Shown here: one piece after another, positions 56,677 to 64,000 of the stretch
Numbering within the stretch: the first letter of the stretch is position 1
Layout of the letters: every line of letters begins with the position of its first letter
Assembly: GCA_945860265.1 (NCBI GenBank)
Contig: CAMAQF010000008.1
Span: 3,810 to 67,809, forward strand
DNA: 64,000 nt
Direction of reading: 5' to 3'
DNA from: Emticicia agri
Lineage (GTDB): Bacteria > Bacteroidota > Bacteroidia > Cytophagales > Spirosomataceae
Translations under genes and position numbers: made by a program
The notes under the pieces: generated by a model
Database searches by the model: none
The model's input: only the letters and a program-made list of their open reading frames with translations
What the model was told of the DNA's origin: nothing

Positions 56677-56927
56677 ATCTCACATGGACACCTCAAGCTT
56701 GGGAAGAATATATTTCTTGGCAAAATAATGATAAGAAAATAGTTAGGCGAATTAATGATTTGATAAAAGAGTGTTTACGAACTCCCTTTGAGGGTAAAGG
56801 CAAGCCTGAACCATTGAAAGGTGATTTAAGTGGTTTTTGGTCAAGAAGAATAACAGATGAACACCGACTTGTTTATAAAGTGGGTAATTCAGAAATAGCT
56901 ATTGTTCAATGTAAATATCATTATTAG
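56673..56927 (+). CDS. yoeB: Txe/YoeB family toxin (mRNA interferase)
   Basis: WTPQAWEEYISWQNNDKKIVRRINDLIKECLRTPFEGKGKPEPLKGDLSGFWSRRITDEHRLVYKV...IVQCKYHY is near-canonical YoeB. Confidence 0.9.
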   Translation: MNLTWTPQAWEEYISWQNNDKKIVRRINDLIKECLRTPFEGKGKPEPLKGDLSGFWSRRITDEHRLVYKVGNSEIAIVQCKYHY

Positions 56928-56928
56928 T

Positions 56929-57915
56929 TCACTTCAATTTCCCTTTCAAAACCTCAAATTCTTTCTTTAAAGACGCATTTTTATAAAGAATCTCGTAGGC
57001 AAAATTAGTAATTGGCATTTCTATTTCGTGTTGCTGCATCATTTCGTATATACATTTTACAGCGTAAAAACCCTCGGCAATCATATTCATTTCGAGTTGA
57101 GCTGCTTGCACGCTATATCCTCGACCAATCATATTGCCAAAAGTTCGATTTCGACTAAATTGTGAATAAGCTGTTACCAGCAAATCACCCAAGTAGGCAG
57201 AAGCACTCAAATCTCTCTCCATTGGTGCAATTAAATCTACCACTCGTTTGATTTCTTGCATGGCGTTTGAAACCATAACGGCTTGAAAATTATCTCCTCC
57301 ACCCAATCCGTGCGTAATACCGCAAGCCAAAGCCACGATATTTTTCATAACTGCCGCATATTCTACACCGTAAATATCAGCAAGAACCGACGTTTTTACA
57401 AATCTGCAACGCATCAATTCGGCAAATTCGGTGGCAAGCTCGATATTTGACGAGGCAATTGTAAGATAAGATTGTTTTTCGAGAGCTACTTCTTCGGCAT
57501 GGCACGGGCCAGCGATAATACCCATATTTTGGTGTGAAACTCCATAGTTTTCTGCCAAATAATCGGTGATAAGTTGATTACTTTCAGGAATCATTCCTTT
57601 AATGGCTGAAATAACTTTTTTATTGGTTAAATTCCCTGCTGAAATGGATTTGACGGCATCACCCACAAATGCTGCAGGAACAGCCAAAATTACCCATTCT
57701 GAACCTCGAATTGCTTCTTTAAGATTGGTATAAGGCTTAACTTTTGAAGGATAAACTTCTACGCTACTCAAATATTTTGGGTTATGGTGGTGTTTTTTGA
57801 TATGTTCCACATCACTTACACTTCGCATCCACCATTTTAAATGTACATTTCCTTGACTCAATATCTTTACGATTGCCGTAGCCCAACTTCCTCCACCGAT
57901 TACTGTAATTTTCAT
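56929..57915 (-). CDS. gpsA: NAD(P)H-dependent glycerol-3-phosphate dehydrogenase
   Basis: MKITVIGGGSWATAI, GPCHAEEVA and NVMKNI-like text (AAVMKNIVALACGI). Confidence 0.9.
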   Translation of the reverse strand: MKITVIGGGSWATAIVKILSQGNVHLKWWMRSVSDVEHIKKHHHNPKYLSSVEVYPSKVKPYTNLKEAIRGSEWVILAVPAAFVGDAVKSISAGNLTNKKVISAIKGMIPESNQLITDYLAENYGVSHQNMGIIAGPCHAEEVALEKQSYLTIASSNIELATEFAELMRCRFVKTSVLADIYGVEYAAVMKNIVALACGITHGLGGGDNFQAVMVSNAMQEIKRVVDLIAPMERDLSASAYLGDLLVTAYSQFSRNRTFGNMIGRGYSVQAAQLEMNMIAEGFYAVKCIYEMMQQHEIEMPITNFAYEILYKNASLKKEFEVLKGKLK

Positions 57916-58014
57916 TCTATTCCAACGATTATGAACAAGTTTTGAAAATTTGTTCTACTTTTCTGATGCTAAGTAAATTAAAAGACTTGAATAAAAAAAG
58001 AGATGCCTATAAAT

Positions 58015-58065
58015 AAGGAAGGCTTCACTTTGAGCGAATATCACTCAACGAAGCCTTCCTTTTTA
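58015..58065 (-). terminator. Terminator hairpin directly after the adaptor gene
   Basis: aaggaaggcttc ... gaagccttcctt, a 12-bp stem with T/A runs on both sides. Confidence 0.65.
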
Positions 58066-58107
58066 TATTCGAGAGGGCATATTTTACACGCCCATACAAT
58101 CATTTAT

Positions 58108-59508
58108 TTAATCCTTTTTCTTGTCTTTATCGTCTTTTTTCTCTACTTTTTTCATTATCAGTTCACCATCTTTCAGTTTTTTAGAAACAGCAATAAATGG
58201 TCCCGAAACTATTTCTTCACCTTCTTTCAAGCCACTAATCACCTCAATTGTTCCTGCGGCTGTATCGGTAATACCTGTTTTTACTTCACGAATCTTTGCT
58301 TTGTCTTTATCGTGAATAAAAACTACTTCTTTAGGTTTATCTTTCTTCGTAGGTTTTGGTTCTTGTATAGTTTCAGCTGGAGCTGCCTTATCTTTTTTGA
58401 CATCGGTGCTGGCGGCATCGTCGGCTCCACGAGTGGTTACGGCTGCAATTGGCACACTCATTACACCGATTTTCTTTTCAGTCACAATGTCAACCGTGGC
58501 AGTCATACCTGGTTTGAAAGGATATACTTTGCGAGCCTTGCGGTCAACTAATTCACGGTAAGATTCTGGCAAAATTCTGATTCTTACTTCAAACTCAGTT
58601 ACGGCATCGGATGACGCGGCAGCCAACGAACTTGATCCAGATCCATTGGCGGTATTAGCAATTTCAGTAACGATTCCTCTAAATTTTTTGCCAGTCATGG
58701 CATACGAATCTACATCAATAATGGCAGTATCGCCCAAACTTACACGCACAATGTCGTTTTCGTTTACGTTGATTCTAACCTCCATATTATTCAAATTCGC
58801 AATACGAAGTATCTCAGTACCAGCCATTTGTGAAGTTCCAACAACCCTTTCACCTAATTCAACTGCCAATTTCGATACGATACCGCTCATTGGAGCATAA
58901 ATGCTTGTTTTACGTAGGTTTTCAGACGCATCTTTCAAACCCGCTTCGGCACTTTTAACATTAAATTTAGATGCCTCAACACTTGATTTTGCTGCTTCCA
59001 AGTCTTGGCGAGCAACTTTCAAATTAGTTTCTGCAATTTCTAAATCAGATGCTGAAACAACTTTATCATCAAATAATCTTTTTTGGCGATTATATTCGGC
59101 TTGCGTTCTTGACAAACGAGCTTCCGACTGAGCAATAGTTGACTTTGCTTGCTCGGCATTTGCTTTGGTTTGATTCACTACCGCTTCTGCACGTTGAGCA
59201 ACCGAAACGTAGTTTTCTGGTTGAATTTTTAGTAAAAGTTGTCCTTTTTTTACGGAATCACCTTCTTTAACGTATAAAGCTATAATTTCACCGGGAACGT
59301 CAGGTGTGATTTTCACCTCAACTTCTGGCTGAATTTTACCCGATGCCGAAACGGTTTCTGTAATATCGGATTTTCCAACTTTTACAAATTCAACTTCGGT
59401 TGGTTTTTCTTTGCCAATCCAGCCTTGTGCTTTGGCAACCAATAAAAATATAACAAGTAGGGCAACAACGCCACCCAAAATCCACCAGAGTCTATTTGAT
59501 TTTTTCAT
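58108..59508 (-). CDS. Efflux periplasmic adaptor (membrane fusion protein, MacA/HlyD-like) with Lys/Asp-rich C-terminal tail
   Basis: N-terminal TM, lipoyl/coiled-coil/beta-barrel order (SASGKIQPEVEVKITPDVPGEI, IYAPMSGIVSKL). The tail reads KKVEKKDDKDKKKD. Confidence 0.85.
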   Translation of the reverse strand: MKKSNRLWWILGGVVALLVIFLLVAKAQGWIGKEKPTEVEFVKVGKSDITETVSASGKIQPEVEVKITPDVPGEIIALYVKEGDSVKKGQLLLKIQPENYVSVAQRAEAVVNQTKANAEQAKSTIAQSEARLSRTQAEYNRQKRLFDDKVVSASDLEIAETNLKVARQDLEAAKSSVEASKFNVKSAEAGLKDASENLRKTSIYAPMSGIVSKLAVELGERVVGTSQMAGTEILRIANLNNMEVRINVNENDIVRVSLGDTAIIDVDSYAMTGKKFRGIVTEIANTANGSGSSSLAAASSDAVTEFEVRIRILPESYRELVDRKARKVYPFKPGMTATVDIVTEKKIGVMSVPIAAVTTRGADDAASTDVKKDKAAPAETIQEPKPTKKDKPKEVVFIHDKDKAKIREVKTGITDTAAGTIEVISGLKEGEEIVSGPFIAVSKKLKDGELIMKKVEKKDDKDKKKD

Positions 59509-59639
59509 TGAGAAATTTTATTTAGTCCATAGTCGATGGACACATTATAGAATTTACGAGGTACGATTTACGAAAGGTTATGCACTTCACGCTGTCGCGT
59601 TATAACTAACTCATAATCAATACTTTAATAATATTAAAC

Positions 59640-59705
59640 TTAAGTAATTATCCATTCAAAACTCTATCATTCCTAACGGGCGGCGAACCGCTTCAATCAT
59701 TGAAT
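59640..59705 (-). repeat. Intercistronic dispersed repeat, copy 2 (CGCCGCCCGTT core)
   Basis: Minus-strand reading gattgaagcggttcgccgcccgttaggaatgatagagtttt is homologous to the element at 31016-31074. Both start within 3 nt of an upstream stop codon. Confidence 0.6.
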
Positions 59706-61205
59706 TTAAAACGAAAGCGGTTTATTTTGATAATAATCTAAAATCTTGATTCGGAAAATATAATCGTATTTGGCTTGAATCTGATTGATTCTGGCACGGT
59801 CGAGGTTTGTTTTTGAAATGCTATAATCTAATGCATTTAATGAGCCAACATTAAATCTTGATTCCGCCGCACGGAAAGACTCTTCCAAAGCACTCACTTG
59901 CTTTCCAAGTGCCGAGAATCTTTTTGCTGAATTAGTCAGGTTTACGTAGGCTTGGTCGATGTCTTGACGCAGACGTAAACGTACATTTTCTGCCTGAATT
60001 TCACTTTGTTTTTGGTTGATTTGTGCGGTTGTTAAGCGAAACTTAGTGCTATACCCATTAAAAATAGGAATTCTGACATTCAAACCTAAAGAAGCATTTC
60101 CATTACCACCCAATTGACGGAAATAATTAATTTTCTCGCTCGTTGCACTCGAAGTTGGCAAATAACCAAAAACTGGATAACGAATGCCTGCCACATTTAC
60201 ATAGCCAGCTTCAGTTTCAACAATTTTTTGAGTAAAACTTACTTTTTCAGCAGCCGTCGAATAGGATGAATTAAAAGCAGCACTAGCCGAAATGACTGGC
60301 ATTTTTAAACCTTTGGCAATATCTACCGATTTTTGTGAAGCCTTCACACGCTTATCAGCCGCTTGCACATCTGCCAAAAAACCCTGGGCAATTTCGTAAA
60401 CCTGTGCTGAAGAATTCGGATAAGGCTGAATATTTGGATTTGGCACCTCAACTCTAACAACTTCAATGTTACGATCAGCAGTTGCATTCATTAGTTGTTT
60501 TAAAGTCAATTTCGCTGAAATAATCGCATTTTCGGCATTTACAATACTTACTTCATCATTTGCCAATTGTGCTTTTATATCATACAAATTTGTTTCGGGC
60601 AACGAACCTGCATTGACTAATTTTTGTGTACGTTCGAGTTGTGTTTGTGTAACTTCAATTTGACGTTGAGAAACCGCCAATAAGTCTTGTTGAGAAAGTA
60701 CATTCAAATAACCTACCACAATATTGAGTGTGATTTGGTTTTTCATGGCTTGCAAATCTAGGCGAGAAGCTTCTAAATTTAGTTGATTCAGAGCAATGCC
60801 GTTGCGTGTTTGATAACCATCAAACAGGATTACGCCACTATTCAAACCAAAACCATTTGAACCAACCGTATTCGTAATTATACCATTGGTATAGGGATTA
60901 ATGTTTCTACCTGAAAAAAGGTTGAAGTTTGTTCCGCCATTTAGGCTTGGGTATTTTGCCCATTTCGATTGTTCGAGGGTGTTGAGTCCCTGCTCAACTT
61001 GTAGGCTATTTTGCTTGATTGAAAGATTGTTTTTCAAAGCAAAATCAATAGCTTCTTGCAAAGTCACTTTTTCTACAGTTGAAGCTGTACGCTCTCCACT
61101 TCCTGATACAGCCGACGACTGTGCGAAAGTAAGAGTATTAGCAAGTAGAAAAGTTGAAAGTAAAATTTTAGCTAATTTCATACGAATGTTAGATGCTGCG
61201 GTCAA
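59706..61205 (-). CDS. TolC family outer membrane efflux protein
   Basis: 499 aa with a signal peptide and duplicated OMF repeat with coiled-coil text. Lies upstream of the adaptor gene. Confidence 0.85.
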   Translation of the reverse strand: MTAASNIRMKLAKILLSTFLLANTLTFAQSSAVSGSGERTASTVEKVTLQEAIDFALKNNLSIKQNSLQVEQGLNTLEQSKWAKYPSLNGGTNFNLFSGRNINPYTNGIITNTVGSNGFGLNSGVILFDGYQTRNGIALNQLNLEASRLDLQAMKNQITLNIVVGYLNVLSQQDLLAVSQRQIEVTQTQLERTQKLVNAGSLPETNLYDIKAQLANDEVSIVNAENAIISAKLTLKQLMNATADRNIEVVRVEVPNPNIQPYPNSSAQVYEIAQGFLADVQAADKRVKASQKSVDIAKGLKMPVISASAAFNSSYSTAAEKVSFTQKIVETEAGYVNVAGIRYPVFGYLPTSSATSEKINYFRQLGGNGNASLGLNVRIPIFNGYSTKFRLTTAQINQKQSEIQAENVRLRLRQDIDQAYVNLTNSAKRFSALGKQVSALEESFRAAESRFNVGSLNALDYSISKTNLDRARINQIQAKYDYIFRIKILDYYQNKPLSF

Positions 61206-61416
61206 AGCTTTTCAGACCATTGACTACAACAGTGGCTTTGACAATACAATTTTACGAAAGATTCGTGTACACAGGGATAAGAAATGGATAAACGGTTTTA
61301 TTGAAGTGTAAAGCCGCAAATGGCTGTTTTGGAAGAATATGAAGTCTACTAAAAAATGAAGCCCTCACAGGCGGGAACGCCCCGTATGAAGACTTCGTTT
61401 TACATCCTTTTATCTT

Positions 61417-62217
61417 TTATTTTGAAAGTTCCTTAGCTCTATTTTCGGCTGCCAAAATACCTTTCACGATTCCATCAGGGATATTATTTTCCTGAAAAGT
61501 GCGTAAGGCCGCTTCTGTTGTTCCACCTTTTGAGGCAACAGCTTTTATCAAATCATCAAGGCTTTGCTCGGCATTATTTATTAGATGATAAGATCCCAAC
61601 ATGGTTTGCTTAACGAGCAAACTTGCCATTCCTTCGTCGAAACCCATTTTCTTACCGGCGTCTATCATGTGCTTCACAAAATAATAAAAATATGCTGGCC
61701 CGCTACCGCTCAATGCAGTTACTGCATCAATCATGTCTTCATCTTCTAAATAAACCGAACGACCTGTGGCATTGATTAGATTTTCAACTTTGCGAAGTTT
61801 TAAAGCGTCCAGTTCGGGTGAAGCCGTGAAACCTGTAATTCCCATTCCCAACATTGCGGGCGTATTTGGCATGGCTCTCACAACTAGTTTATGATCGAGA
61901 ACAGTTTGTATTTTTGACATCGGCACACCAGCCATGATTGACAAAACCACTTGTTGTGGCTGAATGACGGCACGGAGTTCGTCTTGTACGGAAGCAAAAT
62001 CTTGGGGCTTTACGGACAGTATAATCAATTCATAATCAGCAATTTGCGAGTTAATTACACTCACAACCAAGCCTTCTTTAGCAGTACGTAATGCTTCGCT
62101 ACGCTCTTGACTTTTTTCTACTAGGAGTAAGTCTGCTTTTTTTACTAAATCATACTGCAAAAATGAGCGAGCAAACGCCATACCCATATTTCCGCAGCCT
62201 ACGATGGCAATTTTCAT
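61417..62217 (-). CDS. proC: Pyrroline-5-carboxylate reductase
   Basis: MKIAIVGCGNMGMAF, AMPNTPAMLG and the SKGGTTEAAL signature. Confidence 0.9.
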   Translation of the reverse strand: MKIAIVGCGNMGMAFARSFLQYDLVKKADLLLVEKSQERSEALRTAKEGLVVSVINSQIADYELIILSVKPQDFASVQDELRAVIQPQQVVLSIMAGVPMSKIQTVLDHKLVVRAMPNTPAMLGMGITGFTASPELDALKLRKVENLINATGRSVYLEDEDMIDAVTALSGSGPAYFYYFVKHMIDAGKKMGFDEGMASLLVKQTMLGSYHLINNAEQSLDDLIKAVASKGGTTEAALRTFQENNIPDGIVKGILAAENRAKELSK

Positions 62218-62340
62218 GATAAAAGGTCTTTTAACCCTAAAAAGAGGGGTGTTTTATTAAAAAAATTGAGCCTTTAAGGGAAAACACTCAATGAAAGTAC
62301 AAAAATAAGTTTTAGGTTTGAGATTTACCAAGTACCACGC

Positions 62341-63342
62341 TTATTTATCTGACTGATAAATGGTTAGCTCATCACCCAAAAGATTTTGCAGGGACATCAT
62401 CTTAATATTTTTAGGCAAAACTGGAGCCAAAATTCCTTTTTTGAGTTGTTTCTGACTTCTAAAAACTCTAATTTCGTCAAATAGCTCTGTTTCAATAAAA
62501 CTTTGCAAAAGCTTCGTTCCGCCTTCAATGATGATTGATTGTAGCCCCCCTGCCCCTGATGGGGGAGCTATTGACAATAGTTCTATTATTATTGAATGTA
62601 CATTTGGCAAATTTAATGTAAGTCCACCGATTAAAACTCCCTCATTAGTGGAAGAGGTGACTGCTTTCCTACTTCCAATCATAACTCGTACAGGATTTCG
62701 GCCAGTCCATTCTCTTACATTTAGTCTTGGTTTATCGTGCAAAGCAGTATTTGTTCCGACCATGATGGCATCTTCTTCGCTCCGCCATTTATGCGAAAGT
62801 TTGTGCGAAAGTGCATTACTAATCTTGATTTGCTCGAAATTTTCGCCAGCAATAAAACCATCAGCCGTTTCAGCCCACTTCAAAATAATATAAGGTCTGT
62901 TTTTCTCAACTACCGTAAAAAAACGAGCATTTAATTGTCTTCCTTTTTCTTCTAAAACTCCAGTAACTACCTCAATACCAGCATCCAGTAGTTTCTGAAT
63001 GCCTTTACCAGCAACCAAAGGAAAGGGGTCGTGGTTACAAATCACGACTTTTTTTAGTTGATACTTAACCAGCAAATCGGCACACGGAGGCGTTTTTCCG
63101 AAGTGTGTGCAAGGTTCGAGAGTTACGTAGGCAGTCGCTTCCGAAAGTAAGGTTTTATCTTTTACCGAGTTTACTGCATTTACTTCAGCGTGCCAATCGC
63201 CGTGTTTTTTGTGCCAGCCCTCACCGATAATCACATCATTCTGCACAATTACGCAACCCACCATTGGGTTTGGACTTACAGTTCCTCTACCGATTTCTGC
63301 CAGTTGCAAGGCACGGAGCATGTATTTTTCGTTGAAATCCAA
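62341..63342 (-). CDS. ribD: Bifunctional riboflavin biosynthesis protein RibD (deaminase/reductase)
   Basis: HAEVNA and TLEPCTHFGKTPPCADL (CMP/dCMP deaminase zinc motifs) plus a C-terminal RibD_C reductase domain (IIIEGGTKLLQSF). TTG start in the track. Confidence 0.9.
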   Translation of the reverse strand: MDFNEKYMLRALQLAEIGRGTVSPNPMVGCVIVQNDVIIGEGWHKKHGDWHAEVNAVNSVKDKTLLSEATAYVTLEPCTHFGKTPPCADLLVKYQLKKVVICNHDPFPLVAGKGIQKLLDAGIEVVTGVLEEKGRQLNARFFTVVEKNRPYIILKWAETADGFIAGENFEQIKISNALSHKLSHKWRSEEDAIMVGTNTALHDKPRLNVREWTGRNPVRVMIGSRKAVTSSTNEGVLIGGLTLNLPNVHSIIIELLSIAPPSGAGGLQSIIIEGGTKLLQSFIETELFDEIRVFRSQKQLKKGILAPVLPKNIKMMSLQNLLGDELTIYQSDK

Positions 63343-63343
63343 T

Positions 63344-63400
63344 GGAATTAATGAGTGAATTAGTGAATGAATGAATTAGTGAATATTTTTGTGAACGAAT
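63344..63400. repeat. Low-complexity GTGAAT/GAAT repeat tract in the ribD / prmC divergent intergenic region
   Basis: aatgagtgaattagtgaatgaatgaattagtgaatatttttgtgaacgaat. The reverse complement of its 14-mer gtgaatgaatgaat recurs at 63974-63987. Confidence 0.55.
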
Positions 63401-63446
63401 AAAGCGACAACCGCATTATTTTCGTTTTTCTCACAAATGCAAATTT

Positions 63447-64000
63447 ATGCAATCAAGTAAACATTTATACGATAATTTACTTCAACAAATTACGACTTAT
63501 GAATCGCAAGAAGCAAAAGAAATTGTTTTTTGGTTAATGGAATTTTATTTAGGTCTTAGAAAAATAGATATTCTTGGTGATAAATCGTTCGAAAAGGCCA
63601 TTGATTGGACAAATATTATCGAGAGATTAAATAATAATGAGCCAATCCAATACATTTTGGGTGAAACAGAATTTTACGGACGAAGATTTTTAGTTAATGA
63701 TTCAGTATTAATTCCAAGACCTGAAACCGAGGAACTGGTAAAATATATTATTAAAAAACAAAAAAACCAATTTTCAGTAAAAAGAAAACAGTTATCAATT
63801 CTCGACATCGGCACTGGAAGTGGCTGTATTGCTATTTCACTTGCGAAAGAATTGCCAAATTTTATAGTATCAGCATACGATATTTCAAAAAATGCCCTCG
63901 AAACAGCAAAAAAGAATGCCGAATTAAATAAAGCTAACGTAAATTTTGAAAAAGTAGATATTTTAAAACCCCCATTCATTCATTCACTCTTTCAATATCC
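63447..64000 (+). CDS. prmC: Release factor glutamine N5-methyltransferase (HemK/PrmC), 3' end beyond window
   Basis: My own translation from the ATG at 63447 reads MQSSKHLYDNLL...PIQYILGETEFYGRRFLVNDSVLIPRPETEELV...ILDIGTGSGCIAISLA. The frame is open to the window end. Confidence 0.8.
   Translation, partial: MQSSKHLYDNLLQQITTYESQEAKEIVFWLMEFYLGLRKIDILGDKSFEKAIDWTNIIERLNNNEPIQYILGETEFYGRRFLVNDSVLIPRPETEELVKYIIKKQKNQFSVKRKQLSILDIGTGSGCIAISLAKELPNFIVSAYDISKNALETAKKNAELNKANVNFEKVDILKPPFIHSLFQY

Noticed and set aside
58003-58551. 182-aa plus-strand ORF, and similar long antisense ORFs. Examples: 5981..6508, 11108..11479, 14472..14852, 16756..17064, 22476..22853, 30571..30945, 36914..37267, 47683..48060, 48927..49346, 51152..51550, 52888..53352, 60901..61311, 62528..62893.
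   Set aside because: Each lies antisense to, or out of frame within, a gene with strong family signatures. Their translations are low-complexity (F/L/S/I-rich) with no recognisable motifs.
63343-63446. FMN riboswitch upstream of ribD. Also considered: a c-di-AMP (ydaO-type) riboswitch upstream of kup at 11359-11546, and a cobalamin riboswitch upstream of nrdB at 5959-6239.
   Set aside because: The leaders are short or very AT-rich. They lack the conserved GC-rich cores I would expect for these classes. The ribD leader is a simple GTGAAT repeat tract.
1-64000. Mobile genetic element, prophage or integrative island.
   Set aside because: There are no integrase, transposase, recombinase, phage structural or conjugation genes, and no tRNA attachment site. 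No long direct or inverted terminal repeats were seen. The accessory items are isolated 1-2-gene insertions among core genes.

Overview
AT-rich chromosomal segment that looks like Bacteroidota, probably the Cytophagia/Flavobacteriia type. Supporting markers are a GldH gliding lipoprotein, a PorT-like beta-barrel protein after ubiE, a Cys-rich PSP1/RicT homolog, TAnnTTTG-type -7 boxes and the absence of Shine-Dalgarno sites. The window is densely packed with about 55 protein genes, mostly housekeeping. These include nrdB, oxyR, kup, purD, ogt, ubiE, yidD, a serB-serA fusion, pgm, smpB, hflX, rnr, gpsA, proC, ribD and prmC. There are also two efflux gene sets: emrA-emrB-tolC with a divergent marR, and a TolC plus adaptor pair with no pump gene. 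I found no rRNA, tRNA, CRISPR array, transposase or integrase. Small accessory items are scattered between core genes: an intact YoeB toxin with an atypical antitoxin; a DUF433 antitoxin whose DUF5615 toxin partner carries three in-frame nonsense codons; a small-protein plus retropepsin-like protease pair; a Uma2 nuclease; and two further gene relics (DUF3291, NPCBM). The best candidate for something undescribed is the two-gene envelope module at 29.4-32.3 kb. It pairs a polytopic membrane protein with a duplicated DxxWH...PH motif and a secreted, membrane-anchored protein with a duplicated HLHP domain and a Met/His-rich loop. It sits beside a solitary CcmF-like heme lyase and near a PQQ dehydrogenase with an embedded heme-c domain. 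Several short dispersed repeat families and two orphan intrinsic terminators suggest unannotated RNA-level features. All functional calls rest on motif and family recognition by eye; no database search was run.
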